Source of the DNA: Squalus acanthias
Taxonomy: Eukaryota
Reading direction: 5' to 3'
DNA length: 64,000 bases
Assembly (NCBI GenBank): GCA_030390025.1
Contig: CM059428.1
Coordinates: 77,872,001 to 77,936,000 of the forward strand
In this document: positions 25,468 to 37,647 of the stretch, piece after piece
Layout: each line of letters begins with the position of its first letter
Numbering within the stretch: position 1 is the stretch's first letter
Translations under genes and position numbers: made by a program
The notes under the pieces: generated by a model
Told to the model about the DNA's origin: nothing
Databases searched by the model: none
Seen by the model: the letters and a program-made list of their open reading frames with translations, nothing else

Positions 25468-25582
25468 AGAACATAGGAACAGGACTAGGCCATTCAGTCC
25501 GTCGAGCCTGTTTCACCATTCAAATAGATCATAGCTGATCTGTATCTTAAGTCCATCTACCTGTCTTGGTTCCTTAACCCTT
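25468..25582 (-). mobile_element. CR1 3' tail fragment
   Basis: 'AAGAACATAGGAACAGGACTAGGCCATTCAGTCCGTCGAGCCTG' matches the CR1 3' UTR seen at 27380-27430 and 30963-31020. Confidence 0.75.
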
Positions 25583-25639
25583 AAGGAGAAAGAGAGGATG
25601 GCAAAAATCTCTGGATGGCAGGTTCTTCCCACTGGTGAA

Positions 25640-25762
25640 GTCTGCGTCCTCCCAGATTCTATACTGGTCTTGCTGTGGGTCTGCGTACTCCCAGATTCTA
25701 TACTGGTCTTGCTGTGGGTCTGCGTACTCCCAGATTCTATACTGGTCTTGCTGTGGGTCTCT
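25640..25762. repeat. 39-bp tandem triplication
   Basis: GTCTGCGTACTCCCAGATTCTATACTGGTCTTGCTGTGG x3. Confidence 0.95.
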
Positions 25763-26924
25763 GGAACTGTGGCAGTAAAACAGAGAAATCAGCCGGTTTC
25801 CCAGGACCTCCCCTGTGCCATCATTTAAATGTGTCGGAGCAGTCAAAGGGCGGGCAGCCAACATTTCTGCTGGTAGGGGGAGGAAAATTGCTGAGGCCCA
25901 ATTTAGAGGCAAGGATTTCATGGGAGGCCTCCCTACCCCATTTCCCCTATTCAATCTCTTAAGGGAACGTTCTGTATAAATACTTCAAGGGCAACAGATC
26001 CCCATATCTCACAATTCAACCCTGGCTACTGCTTTTCATGGATGACGTGCCATGCCCCTCTTCCATCTCCACAGCACAGTAACTATCACATGCCATGGAG
26101 TATTTGGTAATCTAAGGCCTGTACCAACCCCTATAACCTGCAGCTGTGTTTCCCAACCAGATATTTAACTAGCTTTGTTTTCAAGGAATTGATTGACGAT
26201 TGTTTGTGATGGAAGAATGTTCCACTATGCTCTATTGGGGAAGAAAACTCTAATCTCTAGTCCTGCTTTAGATTTCTTGGTTTCTGTAAGCCACCTGTAA
26301 TTCTGGAGTCTTCAACTAAAGGAGAGCCCTGATGGCGAGATGCATATGTCTTACACATCACTGATTTATTCATTCAATCTTGCTAAATCGCTCAATTATT
26401 TTAACTGCTTTGGTTGGGTTCATATACCCTCACTTGGACACTTGTCCCTAAATTCCCAGACTTGGAAGATGGGAAGTCATTGTCACGGTGCATATCTCTC
26501 TACTCCCTCCTTGTATTGCGACTGATGCTGCTATGTTCATGTCTACCATGGTGGGAAGGAAGTGGGTTTTTTTGCATTTACAGTGATCAGCTGTGCAGGA
26601 GCAGCAGATTTAAGAGATCTCTCTGAGCGAAAAAGCAATGGTTGAAGATTATTGTGGGTAACAGAAAAAGGACCAGCAACAGTCAGAGGCAGTAACATGC
26701 AGAGAAACATAGAGAAGAAGGGAGTGGTGAGGAGGGGAGTGGGGGGGGGGGGGTGCGGTGGAGACTGTTGTAACAGAGAGAGAGAGAGAGTAGTAGTATC
26801 AGAGTGAAACAGAGGGAAACAATGATTAAAAAAAGACAGGAGAGAGTAACAGAGATACGGGGGAAAAGAGAGAGCGAGAAAGAGAAACACACACAATTCT
26901 ATTAACCCGATAAAGATCGGCACC

Positions 26925-27432
26925 GCATATTAGGAAGATATTTTGGCCTTGGAGGGGGTGCAGCGCAGATTCACCAAAATGATACCAGGGCTAAAAGGGT
27001 TAAATTATGACAACAGGTTGCAAGGACTAGGCTTGTATTCCCTTGAGTAAAGTAGGTTAAGGGGTGATCTAATTGAGGTATTTAAGATGATTAAAGGATT
27101 TTATAGGGTAGAGAGAGAAAGATGAATTCCTCTGGTGGGGGATTCCAGGGAGCATAATCTTAAAATTAGAGCTAGGCCATTTATGGGGGATGTTAGGAAA
27201 CACTTCTTCATGCAAAGCATAGTGGAAATCTGGAACACTCTCCCCCAAAAAGCTGTTGAGTCTAGATCAATTGAAAATTTCAAAACTGAGATTGATAGAT
27301 CTTTGTTAGACAAGGGTATTAAGGGTTACAGAACCAAGGCGGGTAGATGAAGTTAAGACACAGATCAGCCATGATCTAATTGAATAGCAAAACAGGCTCG
27401 AATGGCCTATGTTGTTTCTGTTCCTATGTCCC
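26925..27432 (+). mobile_element. CR1 LINE 3' end
   Basis: 'FFMQSIVEIWNTLPQKAVE' C-terminus followed by the CR1 3' UTR. Confidence 0.88.
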
Positions 27433-28460
27433 TGTGCTGCATTAATAGGGATTTGGCTGTCTGTGCTCTCAGCCCCCCAACATGTGAAAGTCCTGTGAAG
27501 AGACTGAAATGTAACCCTACATTTAGTGTGCTATATCATAGCACCTGCACTGGCGGATAGTGAGTGGTTGCACAGAAGAAATGAAAGTAAACCTATGGGC
27601 CAAGGGTTTCCACTTTGGGCGCAATCGGCGATCTGGGCGTAAATTACACTCAAAATTTTGCTAATTTTGCAAAGTGAATTTTTTGCTCAAGTTTCCGCTT
27701 GAACTCATTTGCATATCGCTCAACGTAAAATCGTCCATGAACCAGTGCGTCGGGCAGCGTTTTCGAATGTAACTTTTTTTAAAAATTATGCATTAAAAAA
27801 TATTCCTTGATGCATTTAAGTGTGGTGCAGTTTTATTAATACAGTTGAAAATGGGTTTCTCACAAAAAATAAGCATTTTTAAGCAGTATCTCGTCCACCA
27901 CCTGTGAGTAACCCGATTTTAAATAACTGAAAATGACTTTAAAAAGCTACAGAACAATTTATTAGTTATATTGAGGTACGGTAGTCAGTTTCGTAGTAAA
28001 TTAAAAATAAAATTAAAAATTAGTATTCAAAAGCTTTTAAAAGTTGCCTATTAGTGTCCTTGCGTCTAAAAAAATTCCAGCTTAATGTTAAGAGCCTCCT
28101 CGAAGACCCGCAATGGGCACAGTTAGCGGAAACTCACCACAGTGATAAATTCGATCTGGGGGGCGTGGCCCATTTTGTGGGCGGGGCCAGATTCCAGTGC
28201 GATGTTTTTGGCAACATTTATTTGCAACATCGGTGGGTTGGACCAGATTTCTGATTGGATGACAACACACACCCAACAGTTTGTCTGGATGTGTAATTTG
28301 ATCCTGCCTGCTGTAGACAACTCTGCAATGTGTAATTTGATCCAATCTTGTCAGTCAGCCTACAGAAAGTGGAAGTGTAGTTAGCTTTGTAAAGATCCTG
28401 TTATCTAGTGTTCTGCAAATGTAATTATAGTTGTCCTTGGCTGGTAAAATAAAAGACTTT

Positions 28461-30602
28461 GGCCGAGAATTTCATGGCTGCCACCAGAGTTGCCAGTGTC
28501 ACCGACAACTCTAATTAACGGCTGCTGAAAATGGACGCAGAGATACCCGAGAAAAATTCATGCTCCCAGCGCTAACTTACAGTGTAACGCCCTGGTGGCG
28601 TTAGTGCAGGCCTGGAAGTTGAAGTTCCCGTCCTGAAGTGGCGTTTCAGCTTCTAACAGCCTCTGGGAGCGAGGTTGTGGAGTTCACAAGGAATTGTGGG
28701 CAATTAAAAGGGCTATGAATTAAAGGAGCAACGCGTTCAGAACTAATAAAAATAAAAATGCAGTTTTCAGCCCTTACTGTCTTTTAAGAAAAAATTAACA
28801 TTAAAAAGAAGTCCCAAATGGGAGTCTTCTGCACTTACAGCTGAATTCCCTTCCGAACCTCAAAAAATAGGAAAAGTGCTTCAGCACTAACACAAATGGA
28901 TTAGCAAGCCAGGGAAGGGCACCCAGAGTCCCGCTTGCAGCACTTCAGCTTTGTGCAGGGGGTCAACACTGCAAGAGAGGTCCTCTACCCACAGGAGCCA
29001 GGAGGCCCTCCAGAAAGATTGATGTGGAACCACATCACTAAGGCCTTCACTGCCCCCAGTGTTGCCCTCACCATCTGGCTCCAGTGCCCAAAGATGCTTC
29101 ATGACCTCAGACCACTGGTCAAGGTCAGTGAATGCATTTTCAAAAGTTGTCTCTTACCAACTGCACCACTAGCCTCACACACTGCTCAATGCACAACCCC
29201 TAATCACTCACCTACCAACAATCTGCACCAATGACGAGGCACATCTCCCATTCCTAGTCTCAGCTCACCCCTTGGAGGAGACGATGCTGGCCATTCTTGG
29301 CAGGGGCATGGCTGAGCCCTTGGCCAGCAGAGGGGCAGAAAGGATACAAGATGCTGGTATCCTCATACGTCATCTCCCTTCTGGCATGCTTTCCTACCCT
29401 CCCCTCATCGCAACTCCACCCTTGTGCCTGCCTCATTTCACACACCCAATAAATGCAGCCTGCCCAGCCAATGGTTGGCCAAGAAGAGGGAGAGGAGAGT
29501 GAAGAAGAAGAATAAGAAGAAACACCATCACTCAATTTGACACTTCCAGCCACCAGCTCCTCGAGGTCGACCAACAAGGCCATTTGCAGTGTCCCCCACT
29601 GAAAGTCAGCAGCCTTCCACCAGCCATGCTGCAGCCACTGGGGTGGCACTGTGTGACATCAGTAGGATAGGCAAAGGCACACACAAGACAGTCGTTAAGA
29701 GAATGCATAAGGGTGATGAGTTGATTTCTTGATGTCATATTGGATAGATAGATGTATAAAGTTGGATTGGATTTGCTTTGTGGTGACTTATTTCAGCATC
29801 ATGGCCAATAGGATGCTGTGATGGTCAGTAACAGAGGGAAGGTAAGGTGCAGGGCTAATGTTGAAAGGGGAATTGGGGTTGTGATCACTGGTACCGCAGG
29901 CTAGAAAGGGTCTGTCTGGGTTGCATCCTTCCTTCTGCTTCCTCCTCTTCTTCTGCTTCTTCCTCTTCTGTTACTTCCACTTCTGTGACTTCCTCTTCCC
30001 TCTGAGAGTGGATGCTGTAAATCTGAAATGACAGCATAAAATGTTGGAAATACTCAGCAGGTCAGGCAGCATCTTGACCTAAGATGTGAACTCTGTTTCT
30101 CTCTCCATGGATATTGCCTGACCTGCTGAGTATTTCCAGCATTTTCTGTCTTCTCAGAGGCCTTCTTTTACCATCCGAGGCCTTGCAAGCATCCAGCAGC
30201 ACTCACTACACGCTTAAAAAGCTTTTACTATCTATTGCAGCAAGCCACTACTTCAGCAAAATCAAAAAGCCCAGTCCCAAAGCTTAAATGCAAACTTACC
30301 TGAAAGATGTGTGTGTCCCTTTAAGAGGTGCTGACAGTGCCTCTGTCAGTCTGTTTGCATGCTGGGTTTACATGGTGTGCTTAGGACCCAGTGCTGAACT
30401 CAGCGCTAGGGTCGAATTTCACCTTGGGGTTGTCTCCGCCATTTTTTTTGCAGGGCGATACCTCTTAACGGCAGCGCTACCGGGCCTAGGAAAACGGAGG
30501 ACGCTGCAGGAACCACCAGCGGATGGTGGAAGAGCGGCGCTGTCACATTCTCGACATTATGCCACGCTAACATGTGGCGCAAACCACCCGAATTTCGAGG
30601 CC
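28461..30602. mobile_element. Degenerate Harbinger deletion derivative (Myb-gene remnants, no transposase core)
   Basis: Ends GGCCGAGAATTTC and GAATTTCGAGGCC with TTT on both flanks. The interior 28880-29720 is homologous to the copy-1 Myb gene ('WLQCPKMLHDL', 'CAGCAGCCTTCCACCAGCCATGCTGCAGCCACTGGGG'). Confidence 0.75.
30038..30145. repeat. Fold-back of two opposed fragments of the hammerhead-bearing short repeat family
   Basis: AAAATGTTGGAAATACTCAGCAGGTCAGGCAGCATC at 30038-30073 and its near reverse complement at 30110-30145. Confidence 0.85.
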
Positions 30603-30700
30603 TTTATACTCTAATTAGTGAGTTAGTGACTTCTTTGGCGTTTTATGTTTATTTTCCTTCTGGAAGTGATAAAAATTCTTTAATTCTGATTGAAGGGACC

Positions 30701-32455
30701 GTGTGTGTGTGTGGTGCGTGTGTGTGTGGTGCATGTGTGTGTGGTGCGTGCGTGTGTGGTGCGTGTGTGTGTGGTGCGTGTGTGTGTGGTGCATGTGTGT
30801 GGGTTCCATGTGTGGGGTGTGTATAGAGTGCATGTGTGTGGGTTCCATGTGTGGGGTGTGTGTGTGTGTATATATAGAGTGTGTGTGTGTGGGTTCCATG
30901 TGTGGGGTGTGTGTGTATATATAGAGTGTGTGTGTGTGGGTTCCATGTGTGGGCTGCATGTGAAACATAGAAGATAGGAGCAGGAGTAGGCCATTCGGCC
31001 CCTCGAGCCTGCTCCGCCATTTAATGAGCTCATGGCTGATCATCCAAATTCAGTACCCTGTCCCTGCTTTCTCCCCATATCCCTTGATCGCTTTAGCCTT
31101 AAGAAATATATTTAACTCCTTCTTGAATATATTTAATGAATTGGCCTCAACTGCCTTCTGTGGTAGAGAATTCCACAGGTTCACCACTCTCTGGGTGAAG
31201 AAATTCCTCCTCATCTCAGTCCTAAATGGCTTACCCCTTATCCTTAGATTGTGACCCCTGGTTCTGGACTCCCCCGCCATCGGGAACAGCCTTCCTGCAT
31301 CTAGTCTGTCTAGTCCTGTTAGAATTTTATAAGTTTCAATGAGATCCCCTCTCATTCTTCTAAACTCCAGCGAATATAAGCCTAATCGACCCAATCTCTC
31401 TTCATACGTCATTCCTGCCATCCCAGGTATCAGCCTTGTGAATCTTCGCTGCACTCCCTCCATGGCAAGAACATCCTTCCTCAGATAAGGCGACCAAAAC
31501 TGCACACAATACTCAAGGTGTGGTTTCACCAAGGCCCTGTACAGCTGCAGCAAGACATCCTTGTTCCTGTACTCGAATCCTCTCGCTATGAAGGCCAACA
31601 TACCATTTGCCTTCTTAACCGCCTGCTGCACCTGCATGCTTACCTTCAGCGACTGGTGCACAAGGACACCCAGGTCTCGTTGCACTTCCCCTTTTCCCAA
31701 TCTATTGTCATTCAGATAATAATCTGTCTTCCTGTTTTTGCCACCAAAGTGGATAACCTCGCATTTATCCACATTATACTGCATCTGCCATGCATCTGCC
31801 CAATCACCCAACCTATCCAAATCATACTGGAGTTTCTCGGCATCTTCCTCACAGCACACATGCCCACCCAGCTTTGTGTCATCTGCAAACTTGGAGATAT
31901 TACATCTAGTTCCCTCGCCTAGATCATTAATATATATTGTGAATAGCTGGGGTCCTAGCTCCGATCCCTGCAGTACCCCACTAGTCACTGCCTGCCACTC
32001 GGAAAAAGACTCGTTTATTCCAACTCTTTGCTTCCTGTCTGCCAACCAGTTCTCTATCCAAGTCAGTGTGTGTAGAGTGCGTGTGTGTGGGTTCCATGTG
32101 TGTGGTGCGTGTGTGTGTAGAGTGCATGTGTGTGGGTTCCATGTGTGGGCTGCATGTGTGTGTAGAGTGTGTGTGTGTGGGTTCCATGTGTGTGCTGCGT
32201 GTGTGTGTAGAGTGTGTGTGTGTGTTGGTTCCATGTGTGTGCTGTGTGTGTGTGTGTGTAGAGTGTGTGTGTGTGTTGGTTCCATGTGTGTGGTGTGTGT
32301 GTGTGTATAGAGTGCGTGTGTGTGGATTCCATGTGTGGGCTGTGTATGTGTGTAGAGTGGGTGTGTGTGGGTTCCATGTGTGGGCTGTGTATGTGTGTAG
32401 AGTGGGTGTGTGTGGGTTCCATGTGTGGGGTGTGTGTGTGGGGGGTGTATGTGTA
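30701..32455. repeat. Compound (GT)n-based satellite, split by a CR1 insertion
   Basis: Repeating GTGTGTGGGTTCCATGTGTG...TAGAGT units of ~45-50 bp at 30701-30962 and 32065-32455. Confidence 0.93.
30963..32064 (-). mobile_element. Young 5'-truncated CR1 LINE with uninterrupted RT C-terminus
   Basis: Open frame '[13 protein letters not shown]...GVLQGSELGPQLF...KFADDTKL...HLEYCVQFWSP...WNSLPQ' to the stop at 31050, followed by the 3' UTR and tail. Confidence 0.95.
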
Positions 32456-32542
32456 TCCAACCTTCTGATACACCAGCGAGTTCACACTGGAGAGACACTG
32501 TTCACCTGCTCCGTGTGTGGGAAGGGATTCACTAATTCATCA
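32456..32542 (+). pseudogene. Orphan C2H2 (Kruppel-type) zinc-finger fragment
   Basis: [29 protein letters not shown] = HxxxH, TGE linker, then CxxCGKGF. No start codon or splice context. Confidence 0.85.
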
Positions 32543-32546
32543 GGTT

Positions 32547-32668
32547 GGAAGAACATGATCCACGTCTAACAGAGTGAACATGATCCGTCTTCCCATCTGG
32601 ATCATGTTCTTGCTCTCATTTCCCCCCTTCCCCCCCCCCCCCCCATTAGACCTGGATCATGTTCTTCC
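32547..32668. repeat. Nested inverted repeat
   Basis: Outer arms 32547-32569 and 32646-32668 (22/23 match). Inner arms GAACATGATCC at 32576-32586 and 32599-32609. Confidence 0.9.
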
Positions 32669-32704
32669 CCCATCCCCACTGTTCTTTCCATGTTCTAACC
32701 CCCT

Positions 32705-33208
32705 CCCCCCGAGTTCCTGACCTTCTCCTCCCCCGAGTTCTTGACCTTCTCCTCCCCTGAGTTCCTGACCTTCTCCTCCCCAGAGTTCCTGACCTTCTCC
32801 TCCCCCGAGTTCCTGACCTTCTCCTCCCCCGAGTTCTTGACCTTCTCCTCCCCTGAGTTCCTGACCTTCTCCTCCCCAGAGTTCCTGACCTTCTCCTCCC
32901 CCGAGTTCCTGACCTTCTCCTCCCCCGAGTTCTTGACCTTCTCCTCCCCTGAGTTCCTGACCTTCTCCTCCCCCGAGTTCCTGACCTTCTCCTCCCCCGA
33001 GTTCCTGACCTTCTCCTCCCCCGAGTTCCTGACCTTCTCCTCCCCCGAGTTCTTGACCTTCTCCTCCCGAGTTCCTGACCTTCTCCTCCCCCGAGTTCCT
33101 GACCTTCTCCTCCCCCGAGTTCCTGACCTTCTCCTCCCCCGAGTTCTTGACCTTCTCCTCCCCCGAGTTCCTGACCTTCTCCTCCCCCGAGTTCCTGACC
33201 TTCTCTCC
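32705..33208. repeat. 24-bp pyrimidine-rich minisatellite, ~21 copies
   Basis: Unit GAGTTCCTGACCTTCTCCTCCCCC. Confidence 0.97.
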
Positions 33209-35015
33209 CACCCATGAGTTGCTCTCCACTCCCCCTCCAAGCTCCTCTCCTCGCCACACTCCCCCGCCCCCCGAGCTCCTCTCATGTCCGCCTGTTCTGA
33301 GCTCCTCCCCCCACTCCGATCCCCTGACCTTCTCCACAGGGAGCGGAGGAAAGTGTGGTTGAGGCCGCAGGCCTGCGGTTAGGCGCATGTGCGTTTGGGA
33401 TCTCTGGTGTGTGTGCGCAGCCGCAACGTTGGGTACGCATGCGTGGTTCCGGTGGGGGCTGGGCAGTGTTTCGGCTCCACCCCCCATATGGTGCACCTGT
33501 GCAGAAGGATGCAAAAGACCATGTGCAAATAGTCACAGTGAATGTTTTTTAAACTCGCTCAAAAGATCGCGGAAACTCGATTTGCGCTGAACGTAATTTG
33601 CGCTTAAAATTCCGCAATCGTTTGCACTTTTTTGGCCAATTTTGGGCGAATTGCGCTGGAAATAAACTAACAGAAGTTCCAAGCCATGATATCTTATCCT
33701 GTAGCATATATCAGTGGAGAGATTGTAGTGCAAATCATTACCCCAGGACTGCAATTTTGCATAAGAAGTCCTGCAGGCAGTGAAAATGGCAGTGTCTGAA
33801 TGAATCCCAGTGATAACCAATCACTTGCCCTATTCATTATTAAATAAAGCTTTTTTACAACATGTAAACTGCAGCTTCCAAAACCAAATTGGAATCAACT
33901 TTAGGATTTCCATTGTTTCTGCCTCTTTAACATGAAAAGCTAATTTAACACCTTTCATCTGTTGAACTGATCTGGCTGCACATAATCACTGATAAATATT
34001 GACATTTCCTGACTACTTAACAGCTTGCAAGGAGCCAGGTTCACACAATCATTATGATCAATTAAATCCACTTATTCATGTTGGCCATTATTCTCAGCGA
34101 ATGTTGATGCTGAAGTGTTTTAGTTCAGTTATGATATTTTAAATGAAATACTTAGAGAAAATCTAAATTATTCAATTTAATTGATCATACCAGTAATATT
34201 TGTGTTGTCATAATGGACTGAAAACCTAGCTGCATTCTGTTGGAACAAAAGATTTCATTATACTTTAATAATGAATTAGCAGTTGTTTAGTCAATTTTTT
34301 GCAATGTTGATGCAAGAAATTGATGTCTCAGTCCATTTATCTTTACTAAACAACAAAACTGCCTACTCAATACATACAGATTAACCAAGTCTGTCGGTAA
34401 CAGTAGACCTCCCCCAACAGCTCAGTGTGCTCACACAGTGTGGTGCTGAACACATAGACCACGATGGCATGAAATCAAATCTACTTTTGCTGAAGCTAAT
34501 TATACTGTAGGAAAGACAATGGACTATAAAACAGAAGCAGAGAAAATGATAATGATTTAAAACTTCTCTAATGTGAAATAACAGGAAAAAAACTGCTGCC
34601 AACGATGGGATAACAAGATCTAAGGACACAACCTTGGGGAATGGAGAAAGGCCAACTTACTGGGAATGGCTTGAGTTTCTGACAGGACACTATCACTCGA
34701 CATTTTTCCCTTTGGGGTGGCACATGCTCCTATTCACAGGTTGTCCATAAAGTATGTGTGCAAGTAAGGGGAAGGGTTGAAAATGCAGACCAAAGCATAC
34801 ATGTAATGGGGAACAGAGGTGGAGGGTCCTGTTTTGTCAGATGATTCATAGTATTTTCAATCTCTTTTTTTTTACATTACCTTTGTGTACAATGTAATGT
34901 TTTCTTAAATCACTGGTTTAACTGAATTGATGCAAGTAGTGGAGGTCCAAATTAAGAAGATCAGTCATGGGTGGAAAACAGATAAGAATCACAGTAAGTC
35001 AGCTAAATCCGATAA

Positions 35016-36060
35016 GGCCTGAAAATGGTCATGGGGATTGCAATGCACGATCTGCCCGTGCCCATTGAAAGTAATGCTAATTAGCTGATCGAGGCGCTGA
35101 GCCCAGTGCTGAACGCGCTGCTGGTTGGCTCAGCGCTCAGCAGGGGGCCCAATTTTGTGGGAAGTGGGATCTCTATTTAAAGGTAGCCTGCAGTGTGAAA
35201 CACTGCCTGCACCTCTTAAAGGGGAGGTGCTTTCTGAAAGAAGCACCTCATTGTCAGTGTAGCTAAGGAAAGGGGAAGGAAACTATGGCTCAACAGGGCA
35301 GAGAAAGGACAACTTGGTTCTCGGACACAGCACTGGAGGCCTTAGTGCAGGGGGTGGAAAGGAGGAGACAACTCCTCTACCCGTCAGGTGCCAGGAAGCC
35401 CTCCAGACAGAGTGTTAGAAGGCAGTGGGAGGCAGATTGCTGAAGCGGTCAGTGCCACCAGTCTTCCCCCAGTACCTGGATCCAGTGCCAAAAGAAGTTT
35501 AATGATCTCACACGAGTGGTCAAGGTCAGTGACTGCATCTTCAAATGCCATATCCCACCATCTGCACCACTAGCCTCACACACTGCTCAATGCACCATAC
35601 CCCCATTACTTACCTAACATCAATCTCTATCAATCACGACTCATACCTCACATTCATAGCTCATCTCACCCTCGCACACTTAACACTGTTGCAAGCCTCA
35701 CACCCACATCTAACACCTTGCACACAATGCCACCAGCTATTGAACCATGACAGATACATCACCCAAACACATTGCACCATACTTACTGACACGCGCATGA
35801 GTTCTGCTTCAGAGGAGTTAGATGAGGATGCCGATGGGGCAGGCTTCAGAAGAAGGGTGATGGGCATACACAAAAAAATGCTTGGTGCATTGGCAGGCCG
35901 GCCAGAGAGCCTGTTGTCACTGTTAAGGAACAGGGAGGAGTCCGGCTCTGACTTTGCACAGGGCTTTGCGCAGAGCTTGGAACCCATGATTTTCAGGATG
36001 GAAATGATGGGCAACTCCATTCGGGCACTTGTGGACCCAACCGTGATGCAGGGTCTGATG
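35016..36060 (+). mobile_element. Harbinger left arm with degenerate Myb-like gene (truncated)
   Basis: Starts GGCCTGAAAATGG. ATGGCTCAA at 35285, 'W.QIAE.V...WIQC.K.FNDL', and homology to copy-1 exon 3 ('GFRRRVMGIHKKMLGALA'). Confidence 0.82.
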
Positions 36061-36335
36061 CCCTGTCTACTCTCTCAGGTGGATGTAAAAGATCCCATGA
36101 CACTATTTTGAAGATGAGCAGGGAGGTTCCCTCAATATTTATCCCTCAACCAACATCACTAAAAATGATTTTCTGGTCATTATCACATTCCTGTGTGTGA
36201 ACCTTGCTGTGCACAAATTGGATGCTGTGTTTCCCTACATTACAACAGTGACCACACTTCAAAAGTACTTTATTAACATGAATGCACATTGGGACATCCT
36301 GAGGTCATGAAAGGTGCTATATAAAAGCAAGTACT
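36061..36335 (+). mobile_element. DeuSINE (SacSINE1-like) core and tail
   Basis: 'CAATATTTATCCCTCAACCAACATCAC...CTGGTCATTATCACATT...CCTTGCTGTGCACAAATTGG...GCTATATAAAAGCAAGT'. Confidence 0.82.
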
Positions 36336-36344
36336 TTTTTTCCT

Positions 36345-37647
36345 GGCCCTGCAGTGTTGGGACCACTGCTCTTTTTGATATATATTATGGTCTGGACTTG
36401 GGTATGCAGGGCATAAACTTGGAAATGTAGTAGACAGTGAGGAGGATAGTAACAGACTTCAGGAGGACATAGACAGACTGGTGAAATGGGTAGCCACATG
36501 GCAGATGCGATTTAACACGGAGAAGTGGACAAAGATTAGCCAGGAAAACAGTAAATGAGCAATAGCAGGCCTTCAAGGTGGAGATAGTTCGGGTACAAAC
36601 CAAGTATATTCCCATTGGAGGAAAGATGGGGCATCCAAAGCTAGAGCTCCCTGGATGACAAAGGAAATAGAGATTAAAATAAAACAGAAAAAGGAGGTTT
36701 ATGACAAATGTTAGGTACAGGATACAATCGATAACCAGACAATACAGAGAGTTCAGGGGGAAATTGAAAAAGGATGTAAGAAGGGCAAAGAGAGCGTGCG
36801 AGAAAAGGTTAGCGGGTAACATAAAAGGGAACCCAAAAATCTTTTATAAACATATAAAAAGTAAAAGGATAGTTAAAAGAATGGTGTTGTCGATTAGGGA
36901 CAATAAAGGAAATCTTCTTGTGGAGGCAGAGGGCATGACTGAGGTACTGAACGAGTACTTTGCATCTGTTTTCACAAAAGAAGAAAATGAAATTAATGTT
37001 ACAGTAGAGGAGGGAGTAGAGACATTGATTAGGATAAAATTAGATAGAAAGGAGGATGCTAAATAGGTTGGCATCACTCAAAAGGGAATTGGATAAGTAT
37101 CTGAAGGAAAAAAAAGTGCAGGGCTACAGGGTAAGGACGGGGGAGTGGGACTAGCTGAAGTGCTCCTGCAGAGAGCCGGCACGGGCTCAACGGGCCGAAT
37201 GGCTTCCTTCTGTGCTGTAACCATTTTATGACTCTATGATTCTATGAAGTTAACAAGTCAACCGGTCCAGATGGGATGCATCCTAAGTTGCTGAGGGAAG
37301 TTAGGGTTGAGATAGCAGAAGCTCTGACCACAATCTTCCAATCCTCCTTGGATATGGGAGTGGTGCCAGAGGACTGGAGGATTGCAAATTTTACACCCCA
37401 GTTCAAAAAAGGGGAGAGGGATAAGCTTGGTAACTACAGGCCAATCAGTCTAACGTCAGTGATGGGAAAACTACAAAAGACCATTATCAAGGACAAAATT
37501 AATTCTTACTTGGAGAGGCATGGGTTAATAAGGGACTGCCAGCACAAATTTGTTAAAGGAAAATCGTGTCTGACTGACCTGATTGAGTTCTTTGATGAAG
37601 TAACAGAGAGGGTTGATGAAGGTAGTGCAGTAGATGGTGTATATATA
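36345..37647 (+). mobile_element. CR1 LINE fragments (ORF2 mid-region, with an inserted CR1 tail at ~37080-37245)
   Basis: 'NPKIFYKHIK', 'VLNEYFASVFT', 'PEDWRIAN', 'NYRPISLTS' and 'GKSCLTDLIEFF...SAVDGVY'. Confidence 0.88.

Noticed and set aside
26690-26895. Purine-rich tract and the hydrophobic ORF on the opposite strand
   Set aside because: Low-complexity (GA)-rich sequence.
30572-32569. His/Thr-rich and Cys/Val-rich ORFs, and the 482-aa 'His-rich RT fusion'
   Set aside because: These are translations of (GT)n/(CA)n satellite. The fusion arises because a truncated CR1 inserted into stop-poor satellite.
32646-33514. Repetitive ORFs (GGGEGQEL)n, (RGRRRSGT)n, (SGEEKVRN)n
   Set aside because: Several frames are open because of the 24-bp unit. 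There is no splice or domain evidence.
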